DNA of 25,625 nt, taken from positions 1 to 25,625 of the forward strand of contig PRDH01000007.1 of the NCBI GenBank assembly GCA_003345545.1, given 5' to 3'. This DNA comes from Candidatus Thorarchaeota archaeon. GTDB lineage: Archaea > Asgardarchaeota > Thorarchaeia > Thorarchaeales > Thorarchaeaceae. Positions 1 through 7,681 of this stretch are shown here, one piece after another (positions within the stretch are counted from its first letter, which is position 1; the number at the start of each line of letters is the position of its first letter). The position numbers were made by a program, and so were the translations under genes. Below the pieces are notes generated by a model, which did not search any database, was not told the DNA's origin, and was given only the letters and a program-made list of their open reading frames with translations.

Positions 1-3000
1 AGATGCATTTTCCAGAGATTGGCACTCGGCGGTAGATTCGATTACACTTCATACACCGAAATCTCTGTGTGGAGTAGGCTCTGAGGTTCCCCTGAATGTC
101 CCTGAAGAAATGAGTGGATAGAACCCTCTGGGCAACATCCTTCGAGTCAACAGCATCAATCAATGTAGCAAGACGAAGTTGAGCCTCAAGCTTGTCATCC
201 ATGGTTTCCAGTATTTTGTAGCGTGAGTTCTTCGGTCCGGCATCAAAGGTCGTCGTGTTATGAGTGAAACCAAATCCCTCGTATTGCGCAGGAGTATTGA
301 GTCGATTTGCAACAATATCAACTAGACTCTTCACTTCCTTAGGATGACGGGCCTGGGCAACTAGGTCATAGAATCTGGCAGGATATCGTCTGCACACTTC
401 CATGTTGTGACTCTCATCATCAACCTCAGTAGGATTCAGAATCACCGAGAGAACCAGAGGAGCATCCATGAGACCGCCTCGACCTGCGGGGAGATAGTGC
501 TTAGAGAAGTTGAGGAGTGCATCAAGAACCAAGATTAGAGCGTCCTCATCGCCATCGCAGTTTCTGCGCTTTGCGGCATGCCAGTACGGGTGAGCATAGC
601 AGACGCTAGCTGTTGTGAACCCAATGATTCTGCCAATGATTCCAGCAGATGTGTGTGGAGCAAGACCAATGACTAGCTGTCCAACTACATCCTCCTGTGA
701 GTTGAATCCATAGTATCTCTGCAGCCCGTAGATCTTCTCCAAGCAATCATCAACGAATCTTCCGACCCGCAGGATGTAATCTGCACAGTTCTCAGACACT
801 ACTAGGTCTTGTACTTTTATCTCAACGATTTGATCCTCAGAGACAAGGGGGGCGCCATTATAGTCCGTCACATATCCCAGTTCTCTTAGTCTCTCGATAG
901 ACACTCCGATTTCGTTGGGTACAAAATGAGTCAATGGAGCATCAGTAGCATCAAAACGAGCTGTACCATCTCTATAGCAGTATACATCATGTTTTGCCCG
1001 AAGAACCCCCTTGCCAAGATATTCAGGTATCTTATTGTCATTTGTAAGCCCTAGGACTCCGCGGACTCCATGCGCCTCGAACTCTCCAACCTCAGCCTTG
1101 ACTCGCTCTAGAAGGTCTTTCAGGTCTATAGAAACTGTTCTTGTAGTGCGAATCATATTGATATCGTGGCTCATAGGGCACAGACCTGTTGAAGGGTTGA
1201 TAGGACGTCCGCATCCTTCTTGCGCACACCATGGCTCTATCTCAGTATGAGAACCGCACTTGGAGCACCTTGATTCGTAGTTCTTATTGCCACAGTTGGG
1301 GCATCCACGAGATACTAGCTCGACCTCTACACCTGATGCTTCGGGTATCTGCTCGTGTGTAGAACTGCCTTCCTCAAAGGCATCCAGTGTCGAGATGTAT
1401 TGAACGTTCTTGGCCACCTCTTCCATTCTTCTCTCTGTTCCCCTGGCCCGACCGACGGGAAATAGAACTTGAACAGGAGGCTTCATCTTCCGTGCCTCAG
1501 CTTTCTCAGGCCTTCCCATCCTAGCGCCGATGGAGAAACCGGTCTTGTCTCTGAGGGGCACTTGTGACACCGAGTTCAGATACTCAAGTGTTGTTTTTCC
1601 TTTCGGATGCTTTGAGCTATCTCCTATCTGCGCCAGAATAGTGATTGGCTCGTCTATCAGCACTATTCTCTTCTTGTCTCCCATGATACGGTGCGGGACA
1701 CCTATTCTTTCGAGAAGGAATTTATGCGGTTTGTCAAATGGCAGGACTATCCTCTCTTCTTCTGCGTTCTTTTCGGTTTTGTACGTGCTGAGTATCCAAT
1801 CACGAAGGTCGACAATTTCCTCTAAGGAGAGAACTGTCCATCTATAGAGATAGTAGGGGTGAAGTGGCACCTTCAATTTCCTTGAGAGATGAAATGCCTG
1901 AAGTGCTGTGGGAATATGAGAGAGTGGAGATTCAACAACTTCGTTAATGCTTTCAGGGGAGATACCAGAGCCAGCAAGTCTCCGCGTGAGCTGTTCCTTA
2001 GAGATAATAGATATCGCATGTTCAAGATCATGAGACCACCATTCTTCGCAATATCCTGATGGAACCAGCGGATGGTTGTTCTCCAGAAACTCACCCAGTG
2101 CAACCAGAATATCACCTAGAAAGATGATCCGTTCTATTTTTCCTTCGAGGCCTCGTGCGTCATCTGAACGGCAGAATCGAATCACAGAACCATCCTTGAG
2201 GAGCACAATTGGCCCCTCGATTGTATCAACAGGAGCAACTATAGAGCCTTTCCCAGGACGCTCAGTACGGATGTGCGTGCCTGTGGCAAGGAACTCCTCA
2301 AGGACATACATAGTGGCTGGGTGAATGCCTACTCCTGCTAGACCAGTATTACGAGAACGGCCATACCTCAATCGAAACCCACCAACACGAGAGGGGTGAG
2401 AGAACACGGGTCGTCCGCCAATGACATCAGCTAGGTAATCGTACTTGGGTTCAAGTTTCTTAGCTGCTACGTTTTCATCCTCTTGGGGCGTTGCCTTCGA
2501 TATTCTTGAGGCCAGTTCATCAAGCCAATCCCAACCTTGAATATTAGCATCATGAACGATTTTTGCAAGCTTTGCAGCTCTTCCGACGACCCCATCGCTC
2601 AAGACAAGGACAGACCCTCCGCGCACACGGTTTGTTTCAATCCGTTCCAAGTCTCTGCCGCCTGAGACCTCAAACTCTTCCGTTGGCTCCCCGGTGAGCA
2701 TGATTGGCAGCCTTTCGGCGGCAAAAAGAATCAATTCTGGGTGAACTGGATATTGAAGATGCACATTGCGAGCGTAGAGCTCCACCTCCTCGAGTGCTCG
2801 TTCAGTTTCTTCCTTTGTGGACTTGAGGGGTGGAAGCTTTAGTATCTGCCTGACATAGTCAGCAACAAGAACAGTCATGGCAGCCTCAGTTCCTCCTGCT
2901 GCACGTATTGGACCAGCAAGATACAAGGCAAGATATCGATCTTCCCCAGAACCTCGAATCTTGACCTTTGCAATGCCCTCAAGCGGAGCTGCTGTTATGC

Positions 3001-3364
3001 TCTCTGTCAGAATAGCCAAGGCAACACGCACAGCCTTTTCAGCAGCCTTTTCTTGATCGGTGATGTTACCAAGTGTTCCTTCAGCAATCTCCTTGGCCAC
3101 GGCAAATGCGACCTCTTCTCGAGACCTGCCCTTTTGCAGTTCCCGAATCCGCACTGCAACCCCCACCGGACCCTCTAATGTGGCTTCCACACGAGCTGCA
3201 ACATCATGTGCAGGAGGTATCTCAACCTTTACACTAGGATCAAATCCCTTCGATCGTGCCTCCTCTGCAACAGCATATATCCCTGTGACTTCTCGATTCA
3301 AGGAATCAAAGTACTCTTCGTAACTAATACTATGGGGTGGAAGGTCGTGCTCGGGTTTTGTCAC
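1..3364 (-). CDS. polC: DNA polymerase D large subunit DP2 (3' end truncated by window edge)
   Basis: Absent from the ORF track because the stop lies outside the window. Manual translation of segments of the minus strand: GTG at 3364 (in-frame TGA just upstream) gives ...SYEEYFDSL..., GARMGRPEKAEARKMKPP, the catalytic YAHPYWHAAKRRNCDGDED (~542-598) and C-terminal Zn motif QRFRCMKCNRIYRRVPISGKC at the window edge. First and last segments are in the same frame, about 1121 codons. Confidence 0.97.
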   Translation of the reverse strand, partial: MTKPEHDLPPHSISYEEYFDSLNREVTGIYAVAEEARSKGFDPSVKVEIPPAHDVAARVEATLEGPVGVAVRIRELQKGRSREEVAFAVAKEIAEGTLGNITDQEKAAEKAVRVALAILTESITAAPLEGIAKVKIRGSGEDRYLALYLAGPIRAAGGTEAAMTVLVADYVRQILKLPPLKSTKEETERALEEVELYARNVHLQYPVHPELILFAAERLPIMLTGEPTEEFEVSGGRDLERIETNRVRGGSVLVLSDGVVGRAAKLAKIVHDANIQGWDWLDELASRISKATPQEDENVAAKKLEPKYDYLADVIGGRPVFSHPSRVGGFRLRYGRSRNTGLAGVGIHPATMYVLEEFLATGTHIRTERPGKGSIVAPVDTIEGPIVLLKDGSVIRFCRSDDARGLEGKIERIIFLGDILVALGEFLENNHPLVPSGYCEEWWSHDLEHAISIISKEQLTRRLAGSGISPESINEVVESPLSHIPTALQAFHLSRKLKVPLHPYYLYRWTVLSLEEIVDLRDWILSTYKTEKNAEEERIVLPFDKPHKFLLERIGVPHRIMGDKKRIVLIDEPITILAQIGDSSKHPKGKTTLEYLNSVSQVPLRDKTGFSIGARMGRPEKAEARKMKPPVQVLFPVGRARGTERRMEEVAKNVQYISTLDAFEEGSSTHEQIPEASGVEVELVSRGCPNCGNKNYESRCSKCGSHTEIEPWCAQEGCGRPINPSTGLCPMSHDINMIRTTRTVSIDLKDLLERVKAEVGEFEAHGVRGVLGLTNDNKIPEYLGKGVLRAKHDVYCYRDGTARFDATDAPLTHFVPNEIGVSIERLRELGYVTDYNGAPLVSEDQIVEIKVQDLVVSENCADYILRVGRFVDDCLEKIYGLQRYYGFNSQEDVVGQLVIGLAPHTSAGIIGRIIGFTTASVCYAHPYWHAAKRRNCDGDEDALILVLDALLNFSKHYLPAGRGGLMDAPLVLSVILNPTEVDDESHNMEVCRRYPARFYDLVAQARHPKEVKSLVDIVANRLNTPAQYEGFGFTHNTTTFDAGPKNSRYKILETMDDKLEAQLRLATLIDAVDSKDVAQRVLSTHFFRDIQGNLRAYSTQRFRCMKCNRIYRRVPISGKCI

Positions 3365-3448
3365 AATTCGTCATAGCGTGTCTACCGTATTCTGTGTTTC
3401 GCTTCAAGAACACACAAGTTCCCCCAGCTCGTCGCAAAAGAGTAGATT

Positions 3449-3458
3449 ACTTTAAAGG
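3449..3458. promoter_or_regulatory. Candidate TATA box (TTTAAA) in the divergent polC/rpa spacer
   Basis: Palindromic TTTAAA at 3451-3456 in the ~150-nt spacer between the two start codons. Confidence 0.45.
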
Positions 3459-3517
3459 ATTGGGACAGGACAGGTACATTGCTAGACACCACCAGCAAAT
3501 AGAGGAAGGTGACCTGT

Positions 3518-5311
3518 TTGCTAACTCTCGAAGAAACGATTGAACTGATTCTAAAACATAGGTCTGACTTTGAACGTAATGATATCCTGACAATGATTCA
3601 GGAGAAACGTCAAGATCTCGGCCCTGAAGTCATCAATGACGAGTCTGCAGCAATGATTGTGGCCAGAGAACTAGGTGTGGACCTACATAGGATGGCCCCA
3701 AGTGCACGCCAGAGGATAGAGGATATTACTGAATCTACCAAGAATGTCAACGCACTGGTAGGCATTATCGACAATATCAGCGGGATACGGACATTCCAGA
3801 AATCGGATGGAACCGAGGGTAAGGTAGCAAGCATTGCCCTTCGCGACGAAACCAGCAGCATCAGAGTAGTCCTCTGGGACGATAAGACACGAGCCATATC
3901 TGAAGACATTCTCACTCTAGGCAGTGTGGTCCAGATACGAGGAGCCTATGTAAAAATGGGACTTGGTAATACGATTGAACTCAACATCGGACGGACGGGA
4001 ACAATCCAGTCATTGGAAAACGATGAGATTGAAGAGCTGGGCATTAGTTTTGAAAGCCGACCCACTTCAGAGGAAACCAAAATCAGTGAACTTCAGGATA
4101 GACTCTTCAATATCACCACGAAGGTCAAGATTCAGCGAGTCTTTAATCTCTCGACGTTCAAAAGAAAGAAGGATGACTCAGAGGGGAAGGTATTGTCAAT
4201 GATTGTTGCAGACGATACCGGAACGACAAGACTTGTTTTCTGGGATGAGAGGGCCGAGGAGATGAAGGATGCTCAACCAAACGAGATAATCAGAGTGACT
4301 GGAGCATATACAAAACCGAACAGAGATGGAACCGAAACTGAGATTCATGCGGGCAATGCTGCAAAGATAGAGCGAAAGCTCAAGGACAAGATGAAGACAG
4401 TGGAGGCTCCAGCCCAGACGTCCAGTGTCTCTGCCCCGCTAGGCATGAAGAGCATTCGAGAGCTCACTACAGACATGTGGGATGTCGATATCGAGGGTAA
4501 GATAGTGACTGTTTACGATGCGAAGACCTTCACAAAGAAAGATGGCAGTGAGGGACAGGTGAGAAATGTGATCATTGCGGATCAGACCAGTAGAATCAGA
4601 GTGGCCTTCTGGGGAGAAGATGTTGACAAGATAGCCAAGGTCAAAGAGGGTGATGTTATCAGAGTCCTTCATGGGTATACAAAAGAGGGATTCAGAGGAG
4701 GTCTAGAGTTCACCGCTGGACGCAAATCGGAGATCAAGTTGAATCCCAAGGACTCTCAACTGAAACAGCTAGACCTCTCTGAGGTTTCTTTTGAGTCTGT
4801 GCCAACCCAAGCATCAAGAGTTCTCATCGGAGAAATAGATGACAGTACGGAGGGTAAGAATGTTGAGATTTGTGGTATAATCGTAGGCATTGGGCAGACA
4901 GGAGTCATCTATCAGGCTTGCCCTACCTGCAACAAGAAGCTTGAAGCCACCAACGGGGGGTACAGCTGTAAGTCATGTGGGCCCGTCAAGAGCCCTGAGC
5001 CACGGATGCTATACAAGATTACGATTGATGACGGGTCAGGTTCGATAAGGGCGACGCTCTTCGGCAATGTTGGTGAGAAACTACTGGGAATGACGACGGA
5101 GGAGGCATACAAAATGGTTACCAAGTCTGGGAAGGAGGACGAACCACTACGTGTGACTTCCGATAAGATACTTGGTAGATACATATCCATGGATGGACGC
5201 ATCAAGAAGTTCCGAGATTCCTTGGACATTTCCATCAACGGTTTTGAGTTTGCAGATCCTATCCAAGAGATCAAGCGGCTGAAGGGAACAATCCAGAAAG
5301 AAGTTGGGTGA
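3518..5311 (+). CDS. rpa: Replication protein A large subunit (three tandem OB folds plus C-terminal Zn-finger OB fold)
   Basis: Three internal OB repeats (TFQKSDGTEGKV..RDETSSIRVVLWD; TFKRKKDDSEGKV..DDTGTTRLVFWD; TFTKKDGSEGQV..DQTSRIRVAFWG) and YQACPTCNKKL..YSCKSCG followed by IDDGSGSIRATLFG. TTG at 3518 follows a GGTGA RBS; the ORF track start is GTG 3509. Confidence 0.93.
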   Translation: MLTLEETIELILKHRSDFERNDILTMIQEKRQDLGPEVINDESAAMIVARELGVDLHRMAPSARQRIEDITESTKNVNALVGIIDNISGIRTFQKSDGTEGKVASIALRDETSSIRVVLWDDKTRAISEDILTLGSVVQIRGAYVKMGLGNTIELNIGRTGTIQSLENDEIEELGISFESRPTSEETKISELQDRLFNITTKVKIQRVFNLSTFKRKKDDSEGKVLSMIVADDTGTTRLVFWDERAEEMKDAQPNEIIRVTGAYTKPNRDGTETEIHAGNAAKIERKLKDKMKTVEAPAQTSSVSAPLGMKSIRELTTDMWDVDIEGKIVTVYDAKTFTKKDGSEGQVRNVIIADQTSRIRVAFWGEDVDKIAKVKEGDVIRVLHGYTKEGFRGGLEFTAGRKSEIKLNPKDSQLKQLDLSEVSFESVPTQASRVLIGEIDDSTEGKNVEICGIIVGIGQTGVIYQACPTCNKKLEATNGGYSCKSCGPVKSPEPRMLYKITIDDGSGSIRATLFGNVGEKLLGMTTEEAYKMVTKSGKEDEPLRVTSDKILGRYISMDGRIKKFRDSLDISINGFEFADPIQEIKRLKGTIQKEVG

Positions 5312-5354
5312 AGAGGAGTAGCCGATGCGCATTACGGTACAGACTCTGGAACTC

Positions 5355-6596
5355 CTATGAACTTGCCTCAATGAGAGTTGCAAGCCCCTCAAGAAAGGCG
5401 TTGACATCATTGATGTTGTTGTACAGATAGAAGCTAGCGCGTGTAGTTCCCATCTTTGGGTCGACGCCTATTTGATAATGGAAGGGTCCAGCGCAGTGCC
5501 ATCCAGAGCGTACCATGATATTGAATTCATCATTCAGGAAAGTGGCGACATCATGTGCGGAGGGGACACTGTCCACGGTGAAGGTGACTAGCCCTGTTTT
5601 GAGACCGATGTCATCAGTTCCAAGGATGTGTACATGGCCCATTTTGAGCAGCCGCTTCAGTGCAGATTCCAGAAGAGAACGTTCATGTTTCTCAATCTCA
5701 TGCATCCCAATTGACCGGAGATACTCGGCTGCCGCACCAGCTCCTATTGCACCAGCATAGTTCTGTAGGCCAGCCTCGAACTTCTCAGGAGGATGAAGGT
5801 ATTCTGGGACTATCTTTCCATTCTCAAATCGAACATCACGAACTGTATCACCACCGAATAGGAACATGTTCATGGATTCAAGATGCTCAAGCTTGCCATA
5901 CAGCACACCCATACCAGTTGGACCGCACATCTTATGGACTGAAATAGCAGAGAAATCCACGTCGAGAGCTTGCACATCAAGAGGGTGATGAGGAGCATAT
6001 TGAGCGTCATCACTCATGATGAGAGCGCCTCGATCATGAGCAAGCTCAGCAATCTCCTTGATGGGCGCGACCGTGCCCGTTACATTTGATGAGTGTACTA
6101 TGGACACCAGGCTTGTGCTATGGTCAATGGCTCCTTTCCAGTCTTCAATATCGAAGGTCCCGTCCTTCTGAGCGTTGATGACCTCTAACCGTAGACCGTC
6201 ACGTTTTGCTCTTTCAACAAATGGGAGCAAGCCACTATGATGTTCAAGAGAAGTCGTAATAATCTTGGAGCCTCTTGGCAAATTCACTGAGCTGGCAACG
6301 ATATTCAAGGATTCTGTTGCATTTCTGGTCCAGATGCACTCTTCGGGTCGATTAGCATTCAAGAAGTCTGCAAACTTGCATCGTGAGGCATGATATGCAT
6401 TGGAGGCCTCTTCGCCGAATCTGTGAATGCTTCGTCCTGCGCAGGCCGGATACATTTCATAGTACTCATTCATTGCGTCGATGACCTGTCTGGGTTTGAG
6501 TGACATACACGCACTGTCCAGATACACTACTCGACGTCCGTTGATTCTGCGTCGAAGAGCAGGAAAATCACCTCTTATTCTTCTCCAGTCAACCAT
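5355..6596 (-). CDS. sufS: Cysteine desulfurase, group II (SufS/CsdA family, class V aminotransferase)
   Basis: DFPALRRRINGRRVVYLDSA, WTRNATESLN, EHHS, PLP-Lys motif SVHKMCGPTGMG, KFEAG, catalytic loop RSGWHCA and RASFYLYN. Confidence 0.92.
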   Translation of the reverse strand: MVDWRRIRGDFPALRRRINGRRVVYLDSACMSLKPRQVIDAMNEYYEMYPACAGRSIHRFGEEASNAYHASRCKFADFLNANRPEECIWTRNATESLNIVASSVNLPRGSKIITTSLEHHSGLLPFVERAKRDGLRLEVINAQKDGTFDIEDWKGAIDHSTSLVSIVHSSNVTGTVAPIKEIAELAHDRGALIMSDDAQYAPHHPLDVQALDVDFSAISVHKMCGPTGMGVLYGKLEHLESMNMFLFGGDTVRDVRFENGKIVPEYLHPPEKFEAGLQNYAGAIGAGAAAEYLRSIGMHEIEKHERSLLESALKRLLKMGHVHILGTDDIGLKTGLVTFTVDSVPSAHDVATFLNDEFNIMVRSGWHCAGPFHYQIGVDPKMGTTRASFYLYNNINDVNAFLEGLATLIEASS

Positions 6597-6601
6597 GTCA
6601 A

Positions 6602-6838
6602 TCAGCCCCTAACCAGCCGCCATCGGTACCCACCCTTGCCGAACGCCTTTGTAACCAGCTTCTTCTCTACCAGTTGATTCGCTGCAGCCACGAATGCATC
6701 ACCGCCAGCGCAGTCTGTACAGACATCGGAGTACTGCTCTGTGCTAGCAAGCTCGAGAATCTCAGTGGTAGTCAGAGAGTCCCTGGCTTCGAGTATCTTG
6801 AGCACACACTGAGCATTTCTTGAGAGGTCGGGCATCAC
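6602..6838 (-). CDS. Small winged-helix-like protein with three Cys (C..CxxC)
   Basis: 78 aa with a wHTH-like pattern (LSRNAQCVLKIL..SLTTTEILE..AANQLVEKKLVTK..GGYRWRL). Stop lies 5 nt before the sufS start on the same strand. Confidence 0.7.
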   Translation of the reverse strand: MMPDLSRNAQCVLKILEARDSLTTTEILELASTEQYSDVCTDCAGGDAFVAAANQLVEKKLVTKAFGKGGYRWRLVRG

Positions 6839-6994
6839 AGCCCGAGCGGAACATACAGCAATAAGAAAGCTTCGTAAGGTTAGAGTGGAGCACTCAACAA
6901 AACGCTTAAATCAACATCTGGGCGGGGGAGCTCGTTCTATTTCTGTCGGGGCTTATGCTCTGGTAGGTGTGAAATAGGCAAAGGGTGAATGAGA

Positions 6995-7246
6995 ATGGGA
7001 AGAAGAAGAAGACAAAAAGTGCGCAGACGACCACAGAAACGTATTCCAGATGTATATCCTTGTCCCGCCTGTGGTAATACCGCCATCAAAATCGAGCTCT
7101 ATCGAGATAATTCTATAGCAACCGTGAAGTGTGGATCCTGCGGGATTGAAATGACCATCGATGAAGTCAACCCTTTGACAGAGCCCGTCGATATCTATGG
7201 AACCTTCATAGACAGGTTCTATGAAGAACGTACTACAGAGAATTGA
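6995..7246 (+). CDS. elf1: Transcription elongation factor Elf1
   Basis: Basic N-terminus MGRRRRQKVRRRP, Zn ribbon CPACG..CGSCG, and LTEPVDIYGTFID. GGTGA at 6984-6988 favours ATG 6995 over 6989. Confidence 0.93.
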   Translation: MGRRRRQKVRRRPQKRIPDVYPCPACGNTAIKIELYRDNSIATVKCGSCGIEMTIDEVNPLTEPVDIYGTFIDRFYEERTTEN

Positions 7247-7313
7247 GTATGATACAACCATCAATATTCAGCAATGGTTATAAGTGTACCAACTCCGAGA
7301 GCACAAGATTCCA

Positions 7314-7430
7314 ATGCAGACCATCGGTACTTTCATTACAATACTTCTCATTCTATTGACAGCGATGGGCATATTCGCTCTTCTGCTGACGATGGGGTAC
7401 ATGGTATATGGTGGCGAAGAGGAAGAATAG
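7314..7430 (+). CDS. Unannotated 38-aa single-pass membrane peptide
   Basis: ATG 7314 to TAG 7430 reads MQTIGTFITILLILLTAMGIFALLLTMGYMVYGGEEEE. TTATAA at 7278-7283 sits about 30 nt upstream. Too short for the supplied ORF track. Confidence 0.65.
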   Translation: MQTIGTFITILLILLTAMGIFALLLTMGYMVYGGEEEE

Positions 7431-7450
7431 TCTACGGGAAGTTGTTTCCC

Positions 7451-7681
7451 ATGATGGCGTCCATTCTAAGAACTGCTTTTGAAAACGTCATAGTACACAT
7501 CTCCAATGTGGATGATGTAAGAAAACTGGTAGACAGCCTTGAGAAGCAGAATGAACCAGTTGACCATTCTATTCGTGTATTAGAGAAGAAGGCCGAGGAT
7601 GCTGAGGTGACTCTCAGAACTGATATCCGTATCTTAATCAATGAATGTCGCCACCTTCAGAGCAAGATGACCTGCCGATGA
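7451..7681 (+). CDS. Hypothetical 76-aa helical protein
   Basis: The 3' part of ORF 7274..7681 from ATG 7451 (MMASILRTAFENVIVH...) looks protein-like and amphipathic. Its TGA overlaps the Lhr ATG (ATGA 7678-7681). Confidence 0.7.
   Translation: MMASILRTAFENVIVHISNVDDVRKLVDSLEKQNEPVDHSIRVLEKKAEDAEVTLRTDIRILINECRHLQSKMTCR

Noticed and set aside
540-600. Possible intein in DP2
   Set aside because: The usual insertion site HAAKRRN/CDGDED is contiguous and the length is normal for an intein-free DP2.
1011-3543. Short ORFs 1011-1250, 1530-1847, 1873-2115, 2076-2324, 3060-3323, 3337-3543
   Set aside because: They are antisense or off-frame shadows of polC and the polC/rpa spacer, with no protein-like motifs.
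7274-7450. N-terminal 59 aa of the 135-aa ORF
   Set aside because: The composition is not protein-like and it overlaps a more convincing 38-aa membrane ORF and its TATA box.
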